From an uncultured Candidatus Saccharibacteria bacterium (lineage in GTDB: Bacteria; Patescibacteriota; Minisyncoccia; Phycocordibacterales; JACNGX01), in the NCBI GenBank assembly GCA_964621395.1, contig CAZULS010000001.1:615-64614 (forward strand): a DNA stretch of 64,000 bases, in the 5' to 3' direction. Positions 39,657-49,878 of the stretch are shown one piece after another. The notes beneath the pieces were generated by a model that searched no databases, was not told the DNA's origin, and worked only from the letters and a program-made list of their open reading frames with translations. A program made the position numbers and the translations under genes. Numbering within the stretch: position 1 is the stretch's first letter; every line of letters starts with the position of its first letter.

Positions 39657-39950
39657 GGTTCGATTCCTGGCAGGGGCACTGATTCACAAAACACCACTCC
39701 CTTAAGGGAGCGGTGTTTTGCATCACGGCGCAAGCGCCGTAGAATCAGTGCCCCTGCCAGGAATGTCCCACAGTCACTAAGTAAAATACTTCGCCAAGGC
39801 TCGTATTTTACAAAGTGCTGCTGGACGCGGCTCGCGGTCTTCGCAGCAAGCTGCTCAGACATACTCCGCCGTTCGATTCCTGACGCGAGCCAAGCAGTTG
39901 GCTCGCTGCAGGGGCACAAATGAAAAAGCCCTTCCGGACTTTTTCATTTG
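39657..39950. repeat. tRNA-Arg(TCT) 3'-half repeat array
   Basis: Copies at 39657-39679, 39748-39764 and 39872-39918 (last one with a 25-nt insert). Confidence 0.85.
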
Positions 39951-40022
39951 TGCCCCTGCCAGGAATCGAACCTGGAATGGGAGATTAGAAGTCTCCAGTT
40001 ATATCCGTTTAACTACAGGGGC
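39951..40022 (-). tRNA. tRNA-Arg(TCT)
   Basis: Anticodon arm GGAGA-CTTCTAA-TCTCC; GGTTCGATTCC. Confidence 0.95.
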
Positions 40023-40031
40023 ATATCAAAC

Positions 40032-40352
40032 TTACCATGCCGGGTCTTTCACCTCAAGCCCTTCGGAGAGCAGCTGGGCATACGCTTCTTCTTTCTCCGC
40101 ATATAAACGAATAACATCGTTCATGGATTCAATGTCGAGTGTATATGATTCATACATTGACGCGGTGCGTACTCCCGTCTCCTGCTCCTGAAACACGATC
40201 ATCCGTGCACCTATATTGAAAAGCAATGCGCACACGGAAATACCCACGACGAGCACATACCAATCACGCGCCGGTTTATATGGTCGCTTCAATGTATCGC
40301 GGTGGATAAGCCGCATATACGTCTTTTGCATGTGAGTAAGTGAAAATTTCAT
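40032..40352 (-). CDS. Hypothetical membrane protein, last gene of the pil operon
   Basis: PARDW followed by a TM segment. Confidence 0.65.
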   Translation of the reverse strand: MKFSLTHMQKTYMRLIHRDTLKRPYKPARDWYVLVVGISVCALLFNIGARMIVFQEQETGVRTASMYESYTLDIESMNDVIRLYAEKEEAYAQLLSEGLEVKDPAW

Positions 40353-40394
40353 ATTAGAACTAGAAACAGTCTCACTGAAAATGGCTTGTTCTCA

Positions 40395-40925
40395 TTACAG
40401 AGTAACGTTCAAAAGCCGAAACGTATGCGAACCTCTCCATATGTCCTCCTCCCCGTTATACTGAAGGTCAATCTCGTCCACAGTAATATTCCATGGATAC
40501 GTTTCAAGAAGAGCAACGTAGAGGATCGACTGCTCCCATGTACCAACAGTTGTCACGCTAATATCAAGAGAGGAGATCTCTGTGCCGTCTGTTGGCTTCT
40601 CTCGTGTATCAATATCGTGCAGTGTGAGCACAACACCGGCAGACTCCCCCATGTCTTCTATACTATCAATCAATTGCAACATGCCGTCGTCTCCCTCAAC
40701 GATCCGCGAGCGAAGCACATCTCGAATGTCACGAGTCTGCTCAAAGGTATGCTCCACTTTTTTCGCCGCATCATTGTGTTGGGAAAGAGTGTACGACTCT
40801 TCTTCAAGAACCTGAATCTTCGTGAGAGTGTCGTATGTCATGTACGAAAGTGCCCCATACACACCCCACGCACCAAAAGCGGCGAAGAGTGCAATAACTA
40901 TGGTAATGGCAGTATGTGTATTCAT
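40395..40925 (-). CDS. PilO-like pilus alignment protein
   Basis: TM + coiled coil + GxW..I...LETYP; position after the pilM and PilN-like genes. Confidence 0.65.
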   Translation of the reverse strand: MNTHTAITIVIALFAAFGAWGVYGALSYMTYDTLTKIQVLEEESYTLSQHNDAAKKVEHTFEQTRDIRDVLRSRIVEGDDGMLQLIDSIEDMGESAGVVLTLHDIDTREKPTDGTEISSLDISVTTVGTWEQSILYVALLETYPWNITVDEIDLQYNGEEDIWRGSHTFRLLNVTL

Positions 40926-40934
40926 ACAGAACAA

Positions 40935-41465
40935 TTACTCCTGAAACGTCAATGAAAAATCAATATCATACTCACTGATAAAACTTCCCACGGGAATATT
41001 AATGCCGGAAAATCCTTCTGCTTCAAGTGCGCGAGCAAATCCGACCAAATCTTCTCTGGTATCGGCAATACCGTGTACATGGATAACTCCTCCTTCTTTT
41101 TCAGCATCATAGGCAATACCGCGCACAGAAACTCCCGTACGGGCATCCGCAATGCGAAGAAAAATACGTTCGTATACCAATGTGTGCGGTTCATAGACAT
41201 GAGAAAGCAACGCTACGGTTGCATTCATCTCATCGAGCTCTTCTTTAATTTCCTCAACATACGCTGCTTCCTCGCCTTCTCTTGCAAGGGTCATCCACTC
41301 CCGAACGATGTCATGTTCCATTGTATACCCCCAATACACAATTCCCGCAACGGCGGCGGAAAAAGCACCAAGGAGTGCGGCAAACACACCGGCGGTTGTC
41401 GTGAGATTCATGCGGTACGACGTACGCAATTCCTTTTTCTTTTGCACGGGTAAAAGATTGATCAT
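40935..41465 (-). CDS. pilN: PilN-like pilus alignment protein
   Basis: MINLLP motif, TM segment, GIADTREDL. Confidence 0.8.
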   Translation of the reverse strand: MINLLPVQKKKELRTSYRMNLTTTAGVFAALLGAFSAAVAGIVYWGYTMEHDIVREWMTLAREGEEAAYVEEIKEELDEMNATVALLSHVYEPHTLVYERIFLRIADARTGVSVRGIAYDAEKEGGVIHVHGIADTREDLVGFARALEAEGFSGINIPVGSFISEYDIDFSLTFQE

Positions 41466-41476
41466 ACTTATGCCAG

Positions 41477-41620
41477 CCCCAATCAACCTCCGTACGGTAA
41501 CACATTACGGAATTTCGAGCGAAAAACGAGATGGAGCGCGCGCCATAACGAGTTATGGTAAGCGCGAAGCGAAGTTTTGTAGCCGAAATTCTGTGATGTG
41601 TGTACGGTTGTTGGTTGGGG
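41477..41620. repeat. Long inverted-repeat element between pilM and pilN
   Basis: CCCCAATCAACC..CGTAC..ACACATTACGGAATTTCG pairs with CGAAATTCTGTGATGTGTGTACGGTTGTTGGTTGGGG. Confidence 0.7.
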
Positions 41621-41626
41621 ATGGTA

Positions 41627-42709
41627 TTAACATGTCATGTGTGGCAATGCCAAGCCGATAACTGTGGCGTATCCAAGCGACTTATTGTGCGGAATAGGTG
41701 GAATATACATATCAAGCGAACAGCAGTTGGTCCACGGATTTCCCACACTGATAGGCACCTTGAGTCTGTGGGAAAGGAAAGGAGCCAGTCCGTTCATATT
41801 GGCACCGCCGCCGGAGAGCAAAATATCACTTATGCGCTGCTCGTCTTTGTGCTTTGCGTGATAGGTATGCCAATAGATATACAGCTTGTGTAATTCGTCT
41901 TCCAGGTGCTCAAGCGATGGGAGAAGAGCTTCGTAAAAATCCTTTTGTGCCGGATGGAGCGGTAGCGCATTTTTCATTTCCAGCACTTCTTCAGACGACA
42001 CCGACAATGCGGCTTTCAGAGCACGAGTAAATGTCTCACTCCCCATGTCGATGGTTGAGGTAAAACGCACAAGATTATTGTGAATGATTGACACGCCGGT
42101 ACGCAAACGACCGATATCGACAATCATCACGGCTGCTGAGCGTTTCTCCTCAGGAATAATCGCCCGAGCGATTGCCTGGCTTTCGATTTCAAACGACAAT
42201 GGGACAATACCCACTTCTTCAAGAACGGTTGCGTATCCTTCCACATCTTCGCGAGGCATTGCCGCCACCAACACCCGTATCGTGGATTCCGATGACAGAT
42301 CATCGAGAACGGTGTAATCAAAAATAACGTTCTCGGGCTTGAGCGGCACATATTCCTCAATCTGAAATGTAATACTTTCCCTGATTTCATTTTCCTCAAC
42401 GCGCGGAATATCCATGTGCACAATGTATGCACGCTCTTCCGGAAGCGATACATGTGCATAGGTGCAATGATAGGTACGTTTTACTCCCTGCATAATGGCC
42501 GAGAATTCCAGGGGTCGCTTGATGTGCCCGCTCACAATCACGCCCGGAGGAATGGTCATTTCTCCGTGTCGTTTGACTCTCAATGCGTCTTTTTCGCCAG
42601 ACAATTCAAGCACGCGCACTCTTCTATCGGTAATGTCGAGTCCGACCGATGGAAACGTCAATGCGCGCGGAACAGGCAATGTCTGTGCCAAAGAATCACA
42701 GATACTCAT
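41627..42709 (-). CDS. pilM: Type IV pilus assembly protein PilM
   Basis: VGLDI, IVDIG, LSGGGA, NPW, AxVIGLAL (actin-like fold). Confidence 0.9.
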   Translation of the reverse strand: MSICDSLAQTLPVPRALTFPSVGLDITDRRVRVLELSGEKDALRVKRHGEMTIPPGVIVSGHIKRPLEFSAIMQGVKRTYHCTYAHVSLPEERAYIVHMDIPRVEENEIRESITFQIEEYVPLKPENVIFDYTVLDDLSSESTIRVLVAAMPREDVEGYATVLEEVGIVPLSFEIESQAIARAIIPEEKRSAAVMIVDIGRLRTGVSIIHNNLVRFTSTIDMGSETFTRALKAALSVSSEEVLEMKNALPLHPAQKDFYEALLPSLEHLEDELHKLYIYWHTYHAKHKDEQRISDILLSGGGANMNGLAPFLSHRLKVPISVGNPWTNCCSLDMYIPPIPHNKSLGYATVIGLALPHMTC

Positions 42710-42759
42710 AATACATGTATTATACCCGAAACACCCGAGCACGAACACGTCTCTGTGCA

Positions 42760-43404
42760 CTACATTGCAATAAGCCAAATCATGAGGCCCACAAAAGCAA
42801 TGCCGAGTGTGATCCATGCAATCATGCGCGGAAGAGACATGCCGGGCAACGCGCCGAGCCTGTCGGTCACATACGCAGCCAAACCAAAACGTACGATGCG
42901 AGAAATAATCGAAGCAATAACAAATATGGGAAATGAAACGGCAAACACACCGGCACCAAGAGTAAACAGCTTATACGGAATCGGGGTAAAGCCCGCCATA
43001 AAGACGGCAATGAATGCATTGTTTTGAAACGCTTCGGCAACAGCCTTAAACGCTTCATGAGCATGATACGTATCAAGAATCCATGTGCCCCAGGTATCAA
43101 AAAAGAATGCGCCGATGATAAATCCAATCATACCGCCAAATACCGAACCGGCTCCTGCAACGACAGCCGGTACCGCCCAATCGAGGAAACGGCGCAATCG
43201 CGAAGTCGCTCGCTCTTGTGCCATTTTCTTCAGTGAGACAATCGGAATGAGAAGCGCTTCCGGCGGTACGGGGAAAAAGACCGCCTCGGCGGCACCAAGG
43301 AGGAAAAGAAAAACGAGAGCGCCGCGCCCTTGGGCGCGGCGCGCAACCCGCTCCTTCAAAGAAAACTTCTTTCCCTCTTGTGTTATTGGTGTTTCAGGTG
43401 TCAT
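42760..43404 (-). CDS. DedA/YqaA-family membrane protein
   Basis: EAVFFPVPPE, AGFTPIPYKLF. Confidence 0.9.
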   Translation of the reverse strand: MTPETPITQEGKKFSLKERVARRAQGRGALVFLFLLGAAEAVFFPVPPEALLIPIVSLKKMAQERATSRLRRFLDWAVPAVVAGAGSVFGGMIGFIIGAFFFDTWGTWILDTYHAHEAFKAVAEAFQNNAFIAVFMAGFTPIPYKLFTLGAGVFAVSFPIFVIASIISRIVRFGLAAYVTDRLGALPGMSLPRMIAWITLGIAFVGLMIWLIAM

Positions 43405-43597
43405 GTCAGAGTATACATAAAGTCTTTATTTGTTCTCTAGATCCCGCATCAAGTGCGGGATGACAAGTGTCTGATTTAGAATGACAATTAACTCTTTTGT
43501 CATTCCGGACTCCTGCCGAGCTCGACTTTCACTGATTACATTAAAAAATTGTAAACGATAGAAGAAAGAACAAAAAAATGTTTTGCTGTAAACGACA

Positions 43598-44023
43598 TTA
43601 GTGAAAGTGGGGCTCTGGTGATCCGGAATCTTCGCTATGTCTTTTCTGCTTATCCAAATACCGCTGCAGAATAAGTGCCGCCGCCGATGCATCGTTTGTC
43701 TCCGTCTTTCCTTGCATCTTTCGCGCCTCCTGCGACGTATCATATTCCCACTCAAAATGCACACTGAGGCCGGTTGCTTCTTCAAGCGCTCGAGCATACG
43801 CTTGAGATTCTTCCCAAATCGGATTCTCTTCTCCCGAACGCATGCGTGACTCTCCCATGACAATCACACTCACGCTATGCTCACGAACAATCTCTTTGAT
43901 TCGCTCCACACTCTCCTCCCTCGCAGAAACAACTTCAAGCGGAAATGCCAATGTACCACTCTCATCTGAAAGCGCGACGCCAAGGCGTTTGGTTCCATAA
44001 TCAATGCCAAGATATGTGCTCAT
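43598..44023 (-). CDS. ruvX: Holliday junction resolvase-like / pre-16S rRNA nuclease RuvX (YqgF)
   Basis: LGIDYGTKRLGVALSD, DASAAALILQRYL. Confidence 0.93.
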   Translation of the reverse strand: MSTYLGIDYGTKRLGVALSDESGTLAFPLEVVSAREESVERIKEIVREHSVSVIVMGESRMRSGEENPIWEESQAYARALEEATGLSVHFEWEYDTSQEARKMQGKTETNDASAAALILQRYLDKQKRHSEDSGSPEPHFH

Positions 44024-44027
44024 ATTT

Positions 44028-45323
44028 TTATACCGACTTCCTATACTGAGTAATCGCATCAGCAATGCTCTTCAGCGTTGTCTCAAACACCGCTTCATCC
44101 GGCTCAAGGAGTGTCATACGAAAACCAAGAATATCGGTGTTAAATCCCGAAAGAGGCACCACGCAAATTCCGGTGGAAGCAAGAAGATAATACACAAAAC
44201 GCTTATCGACAGGCACGTCCTTCACCGCTTTTTCGGTGAGCTCTCGCACGGCATCGTTCTCAATCGGGAGTGTCCCGCCCTCCGGCATATCATCAAAGAC
44301 GACTGAATAATAAAAAGAGCTTTCCGCGCGCGGCGCAATCACACCATGGGTGTTTCCCAGAGCCTTATATGCTTGGTCTGCACGATTCGCATATGTCTTC
44401 ACCCGCGCGCGGACGTGGGCTTCGTATCGCTCATCGGAGAAAAGTTTCGGCAACACCCGTTGCGGCAGTGTCGTTGAACACACCTCAAGCATTTTGGCAT
44501 CATGTAGTGTCTTTACATACCTACAAAACGACTCATCGACATCCGCATTATACACCTCAATCCATCCGGCACGCGCACCCGGCCACGGCACCTCTTTTGA
44601 AAGTCCGCGCATGACAATGGCAGGCACGTCGCTACCGACAAGCTCCGCAAGCGCAACAAATTCGCCGTTATATGCCAAGCGGGCATAGGTCTCATCGGCA
44701 ATAAGAAAAAGGTTATGCCGACGAGCAATAGCCACAATTTCTTCAAGGACCCGGCGCGGATATACCATGCCGGTGGGATTATCAGGATTGATAATGAGAA
44801 TACCGGCAACGGCAGGATTGTAGAGTACTTTGTTTTTAATATCCTCCACATCCGGCAGCCAATTACGATGTGGGTCCAGCGTGTAGGTAATATGCGGGGA
44901 TCCTGCATGCGCCGCCTCAGCCGATGAATGCGTCGGATACGCCGGCGACGGACCAATAATACGCGCTCCCCGGTGGAGATACGTATACACAATAGAAATC
45001 GCATCTCCCAAGCCATTGAAGAAAAGAATATCATCAGGAGACAGATCCACGCCCGACTCTCGTTTTCTCTCCTCGGCAATACACTCACGCGCTTCCTTCA
45101 CCCCCTTGGTCGGTGAATAGCCGAAAGAATCATTTTCCTGCACCTCAGACGCAATAATATCCCGAATCCACTCAGGCACCTTCTCGCCCTTGGCAATCGG
45201 ATCACCAATATTTTCCCAGATAATATCCACGCCCAGTTTTTCAATCTTCTCAGCAAAATCAACAATCCCCCGTATTTCATACGAGAGCTCATCAGCACCT
45301 TCATGAACAATTCGCGTTCGCAT
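44028..45323 (-). CDS. PLP-dependent aminotransferase class I/II
   Basis: NIGDP, INPDNPTG, ADETY, GLSKEVPWPGARAGW. Confidence 0.93.
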   Translation of the reverse strand: MRTRIVHEGADELSYEIRGIVDFAEKIEKLGVDIIWENIGDPIAKGEKVPEWIRDIIASEVQENDSFGYSPTKGVKEARECIAEERKRESGVDLSPDDILFFNGLGDAISIVYTYLHRGARIIGPSPAYPTHSSAEAAHAGSPHITYTLDPHRNWLPDVEDIKNKVLYNPAVAGILIINPDNPTGMVYPRRVLEEIVAIARRHNLFLIADETYARLAYNGEFVALAELVGSDVPAIVMRGLSKEVPWPGARAGWIEVYNADVDESFCRYVKTLHDAKMLEVCSTTLPQRVLPKLFSDERYEAHVRARVKTYANRADQAYKALGNTHGVIAPRAESSFYYSVVFDDMPEGGTLPIENDAVRELTEKAVKDVPVDKRFVYYLLASTGICVVPLSGFNTDILGFRMTLLEPDEAVFETTLKSIADAITQYRKSV

Positions 45324-45537
45324 GGGAGTCAGTATACCAATGCCACACCTCTTCCGCCAGCCCGCGACCAAAGCCCGACGCGCCATCAAACACTCTCTCA
45401 CTTCTCACATCATATTGCGTATGAGGTGTGGCATTGCAGTAAGATAGGAGATTAGTAGGTTAGTAAAAAGGCACGCTATCGCGCGCCTTCATTCATAATT
45501 CTTGCTTCTTTATTCTCTTTGTTGGTATACTATGCAC

Positions 45538-45780
45538 ATGGACATCATAGAAATCGTCAACAATCCAATTGCCATGCTTTTGCTTATTGCATGGGTACTG
45601 CCGTGGAAAGGGTACGCGCTGTGGCTTGCATCACGACGCAATCAAACCTGGTGGTTTATCGCATTGCTTGTCTTGAATACCGTAGCAATTCTCCCCATCA
45701 TCTACATCTTTCTCGTCGCCCCACGCTACAGTGAAATCGGCGAGGAAGAAAAAGGTATATCTTCAGACGACAAAAGATAG
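45538..45780 (+). CDS. Small membrane protein (DUF5652-like)
   Basis: WKGYALW.ASRRNQ.WWF...LNT..ILPIIY. Confidence 0.8.
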   Translation: MDIIEIVNNPIAMLLLIAWVLPWKGYALWLASRRNQTWWFIALLVLNTVAILPIIYIFLVAPRYSEIGEEEKGISSDDKR

Positions 45781-45948
45781 ACGTACCGTAAAACCCTTGT
45801 ATGATATGAGGGTTTTAAAACAGTGGCATAAATCTATGCAAATTTGTTTTCCGGCGACACGAACTTGACAAAAGATTCAATGTGATATAGTATGCAGTCA
45901 GTCAAATAAATAAGCCATTTCCTAAAAAAATACCTAAAGGAGGTAACC

Positions 45949-46488
45949 ATGTTAGCTCTTTCCGTTCTCAAGGATGTTAAAACGCTTGAAAAACAAATCC
46001 AGGAATACGCCAAAGAGGTCTATGCCCGCATCACCGGATTTCCTTCAGAAGTCCGAAACGACACCAAAAAACGCACGGGAATCTGGGTCCTGGTCGGAGA
46101 ACCGGATTCCAGAAACTTCGTGAAATTCAAGGTTAGCAGACCTTCAGATGCGGCAAATCATTTCTGCTCTGAAAAAGCAGTTCGTTCCAGCGGTCGGGGA
46201 GAAGCTTCCTCAACAAATAGCCGTGATCCTCACAGGTCTCGTTTCAGCGGAAGCATTACCGTGGAAGTTCTCATTTGCCAGAGCGAAAATGAATATATGG
46301 ACTTGCAGTGTTCTATCTCTGGGCTCATGGAGCCAGAAGACACAGCAGGCGCAATTATGATTCTTGCAGAATTGCTCTGCGTCTCTTGTCAAGAAATCTG
46401 CGAAAATGTCCATGACCAAGGAGGAGAACTTCCTGAAGAAATTACTCAAAACGGCCACTATCTTAACGATCTTTTGTTCGCCGTTTAA
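45949..46488 (+). CDS. Hypothetical protein
   Basis: 179 aa; strong GGAGG RBS; upstream TTGACA-N17-TAGTAT promoter-like motif. Confidence 0.7.
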   Translation: MLALSVLKDVKTLEKQIQEYAKEVYARITGFPSEVRNDTKKRTGIWVLVGEPDSRNFVKFKVSRPSDAANHFCSEKAVRSSGRGEASSTNSRDPHRSRFSGSITVEVLICQSENEYMDLQCSISGLMEPEDTAGAIMILAELLCVSCQEICENVHDQGGELPEEITQNGHYLNDLLFAV

Positions 46489-46556
46489 GAGATTCCTGGA
46501 CAAAAACAAACCGCACACGTCAGTACACAGAGACGTTATGCGGTTTTTATATTTCT

Positions 46557-47285
46557 TTATTTCCTCAGCCACACCTTTCGTTCTTTTTCAGGAAACTTTT
46601 CGATTGCGTAGCGAAGCGTGGTGCGTGGCATGTGATGAATATGTTTCTTAAGAAATTGCCTCAACACTTTCTCGTCCTGCTTGCCAATTTCACGAAGCAT
46701 CCAGCCAACGGCTTTGTGGAGTAAATCTTCTCTGTCTCCAAGGAGTATTTCGGCAATGGAGAGAGCGTCGGTAAATTTCCCCGCACGAATAAAAGGAAAC
46801 ATGGCGAGCATGGCAATGCGGCGTTCCCACATGTTTTTTGAACGTGCAAAATCATACAAAAAAGCACGTTCCTTTTTCGGACGAGACAACAGATGCGTGC
46901 CCACAATGTGCGGTGTTGTCACATCCACCAAATCCCAATTATTGATTGCCGCGCGATTATCCAGATAAAAATCAAAGATGTCTTGTTTCTTCTGCGCATC
47001 GTTCGTCTTCTGATATTGGCTCACCAATATAAGAAGACCAGCCATGCGCTCCTCATGCCACGTGCTTTTGAGCAGTGTGTGTATATGCGCAAAAGAAAGA
47101 TCAGGGAAATGTTTCGCAGCACCGCGAATCTCCGGCATGGAAAGCCCAAGAAATTGATCCCCTTCCCCATACTGTCCGGGACCGGTTTTGAAAAACCAAG
47201 CGTAGTCCTTTGCTCGCTCCTTACTCCCTAGAGCCCGAATCTCTTTTTGCACCGCTCGTGCTGACATAATGTGCGTATTACTCAC
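46557..47285 (-). CDS. AlkD-family DNA alkylation repair protein
   Basis: FFKTGPGQYGEGD, NNWDLVD, KAVGWMLRE, RTTLRYAIE. Confidence 0.92.
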   Translation of the reverse strand: MSNTHIMSARAVQKEIRALGSKERAKDYAWFFKTGPGQYGEGDQFLGLSMPEIRGAAKHFPDLSFAHIHTLLKSTWHEERMAGLLILVSQYQKTNDAQKKQDIFDFYLDNRAAINNWDLVDVTTPHIVGTHLLSRPKKERAFLYDFARSKNMWERRIAMLAMFPFIRAGKFTDALSIAEILLGDREDLLHKAVGWMLREIGKQDEKVLRQFLKKHIHHMPRTTLRYAIEKFPEKERKVWLRK

Positions 47286-47877
47286 TGAACAAAACTACAC
47301 AATGCCCCTCTTCTAATGCGTGAATAGGTAAAGAACTATCGCCATATTTTTCAAGATCGCTATATGCTTTATCCCAATCAATAGTACCTCGCGGATCTTC
47401 TGCTCCATAATCTGACTCAAAATGCGCAATAAATTTAATCGGCAGCACACCTAATCCGTCCATACATGTTCGCCAATCACATGTCCAAAAGTGCCTCACA
47501 AGAGCATTTGAACCCGCAGAGCTGGCACCAACAGTTTTCCCTTCAAAAATTGTAGGAATATTAAATTCCTTTAACCAATACTGAAGCAAGTGATCGTCAC
47601 CGCCATGAATGTAAATTGCATCCGCGTCTTTGACTTGCTCCTCAAAATTCTCCGGCATTGTCATCTCAAAAACCGGCTCCACTCCATCCGGAACAAGAGA
47701 CGGTATGCTTTCAATATCTTTTTGATATTTTTCTTCCCAACGTTCTCTTGGTAGGGCAAAGAAACAAAGTAATAACTTCGGACTCTCACCAAACCCCTCG
47801 AGCATCTCAGTAAAAAAACTGTCGGAAAGTTCGGGCTTATTGCGCAAGCCGCCTGAATTGAGCACATATTTCGTCAT
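47278..47877 (-). CDS. Peptidase S51 / class I glutamine amidotransferase-like protein
   Basis: IYIHGGD, GASSAGS, GLG. Confidence 0.8.
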   Translation of the reverse strand: MTKYVLNSGGLRNKPELSDSFFTEMLEGFGESPKLLLCFFALPRERWEEKYQKDIESIPSLVPDGVEPVFEMTMPENFEEQVKDADAIYIHGGDDHLLQYWLKEFNIPTIFEGKTVGASSAGSNALVRHFWTCDWRTCMDGLGVLPIKFIAHFESDYGAEDPRGTIDWDKAYSDLEKYGDSSLPIHALEEGHCVVLFSE

Positions 47878-47976
47878 GACCCGATTCTATCATGTTAGAG
47901 AGCTCATCGCATTGTCTTCCTGGAAAACAGTTGCCCCGATACGTATTTCGTTCTATAGTAGTGCATACATAATTAG

Positions 47977-48063
47977 GGAGAGGTGGCAGAGTGGTCGATT
48001 GCACCGGTCTTGAAAACCGGAGTGCGGGAAACCGTACCGAGGGTTCGAATCCCTCCCTCTCCG
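47977..48063 (+). tRNA. tRNA-Ser(TGA)
   Basis: Anticodon arm CCGGT-CTTGAAA-ACCGG; long variable arm. Confidence 0.95.
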
Positions 48064-48510
48064 CATTTGAAAATCCCGCCCATTTAGGCGGTGATTTTCT
48101 TATGCGGAGAGGAGGAAGCCAACTGCTTGGCTTTCGTGAGGGATTCGAAAAGGTTCTCCCATATTTTTGAGGAGCTTTGCTCCGAAAAAATGGGAAACCT
48201 GCACTGCTCCTGTAAGGAGAGAATCCCTCCCTCTCCGCAGTGAACGAAGTGAATAAGGCGGTGGAGGGATTCGAACCCGTAGGGGGTCGGGGTGAGGAGC
48301 GAATACGTGGAGCTCCGCAAGACCTTTTGAGATATATTGGAGAGCTTTGCTCGAACAATATATCCATAAAGGTGTACTGTTCCTGTAAGGAAGGCGGAAC
48401 GCCCCCGTGGAGGAGGCAACGCGGAACCGTGGGTTCCGCGAGCGCAGTCCAGCCCTACTTTTTCAAAAGTAGGGCTGGACGAGCAGTGAGCATTCCCTCC
48501 CTCTCCGCAT
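48064..48510. repeat. tRNA-Ser 3'-half repeat array with structured spacers
   Basis: Inverted 48103-48149 (with 25-nt insert), direct 48221-48239, inverted 48258-48278, direct 48493-48509. Confidence 0.85.
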
Positions 48511-48571
48511 AAATAATGAGTCAGGTGCGTGTCCACATCCCTATTGGTATTTGATATAGTATACTAAACAT

Positions 48572-49057
48572 ATGGAAGAAAACGCTCTCAACGAACCATT
48601 CCAATGGACAGCGCCGGAATATCAGCAAAGAGCTCACACGCCTGATTGGTATTGGGGAGTCGGACTTACCGGTGCCGTGCTTGTTGCTGTCGGCATCATC
48701 ACAAACAATCCCTTCTTCTCAATCTTCATCGTCATTGCTGTTGCTTCCATTTTCTTTTTCCACGTCCGCACGCCGCACATTGTTGATTTCGGCGTCTCAC
48801 GCAAAGGAGTCCGTGTCGACAAGACACTCTACCCCTTCGCTACACTTGAGTCATTTTGGATTAGGGAGAATATTCTTGAAGAGAAAGAGCCGAAGCTCAT
48901 TTTGAAATCAAAAAAGATGGTTATGCCACTCGTCATTATCCCGCTTCCGGAAGGCGTTGATTTCGATGAACTGCAAGACTTCCTCGAACAATTCCTCTCC
49001 GAAGAAGAACACCCCGAGCAGCTCTCCGAGCAGATTATGGATCGGTTGGGATTCTAG
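48572..49057 (+). CDS. Conserved hypothetical membrane protein
   Basis: W.APEY....DWYW + 2 TM segments + LESFW; C-terminal MDRLGF. Confidence 0.8.
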   Translation: MEENALNEPFQWTAPEYQQRAHTPDWYWGVGLTGAVLVAVGIITNNPFFSIFIVIAVASIFFFHVRTPHIVDFGVSRKGVRVDKTLYPFATLESFWIRENILEEKEPKLILKSKKMVMPLVIIPLPEGVDFDELQDFLEQFLSEEEHPEQLSEQIMDRLGF

Positions 49058-49145
49058 ATTTAGAAATAAGAAAAACCTAAAGCCCGACAAGCCGGGCTCG
49101 GTCACGGTAGAAATTAGAAAATAGAAAACACCCTTGCGGGCGTTT

Positions 49146-49721
49146 TTACGTTTTCAAAGAAAATCTTTTGTATTCTCGCCATTCTCCTTTTTCGTTTTGA
49201 ATAGCGAGGCAGACATTATCGATTTTAATCTCTCTTTCAAATGTCTTCCCCGAAAGATATTCTTTGGCTTTTTCATATCCATCTTCCGTCAAATCTTTAT
49301 ACGCAACAGTAATGTGAGGACTATAGGGTAGCGGCTGCTGGTACCACACCGCATACGAACTCGCGATGTTTTCTTCAAAAAATGTTGTTATTTCCCCGAG
49401 CCCTCCCAAATTGTATGGCTTGATGTACACAACAAAGGGACTCAATCCGAGCTTCGCACCTTGTGTCCAATCAGACATAAAAGAAAATGTTTGAGTCTCT
49501 ATGTGAAAAACAGGAACATTTTCTAGAAAGGCTTCTATTTCTTCATACAACTTTTCTAATTGTTCACCAGTAACTTCAACGCCCGAACCCACCGTAATAT
49601 GTGGTTCCCATACTTCCCACGCACCTTTTGAGTCGGTGATATCTGTTAATTCTTTCTGAATTTCCACAATTTCTTTGGCAATCTCTTTGGGGAAATACGA
49701 GACAATTGAGAATGTATACAT
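49146..49721 (-). CDS. 2H phosphoesterase (2'-5' RNA ligase family)
   Basis: Two PHITV motifs. Confidence 0.85.
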   Translation of the reverse strand: MYTFSIVSYFPKEIAKEIVEIQKELTDITDSKGAWEVWEPHITVGSGVEVTGEQLEKLYEEIEAFLENVPVFHIETQTFSFMSDWTQGAKLGLSPFVVYIKPYNLGGLGEITTFFEENIASSYAVWYQQPLPYSPHITVAYKDLTEDGYEKAKEYLSGKTFEREIKIDNVCLAIQNEKGEWREYKRFSLKT

Positions 49722-49878
49722 GGACCTATGGTAGCACATGTGTTGATTGGGAGGAATTGCCTCGGAACCACCTAAAGTAAGTCGCTGGATGTCGATTCCT
49801 GACGCAAGGCAAGCAGTTGCCTTGCTCCGAGGGGACACAGCAAAAAGGGCACCCACAGGTGCTCCTTTCTGCAATGTG

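Noticed and set aside
35897-39951. Island between tRNA-Val and tRNA-Arg as a prophage or ICE
   Set aside because: No integrase or phage genes, and no distal direct att repeat spanning the island.
35898-48510. tRNA-adjacent repeats as CRISPR arrays
   Set aside because: The repeats alternate in orientation, derive from tRNAs and have long structured spacers; no cas genes are present.
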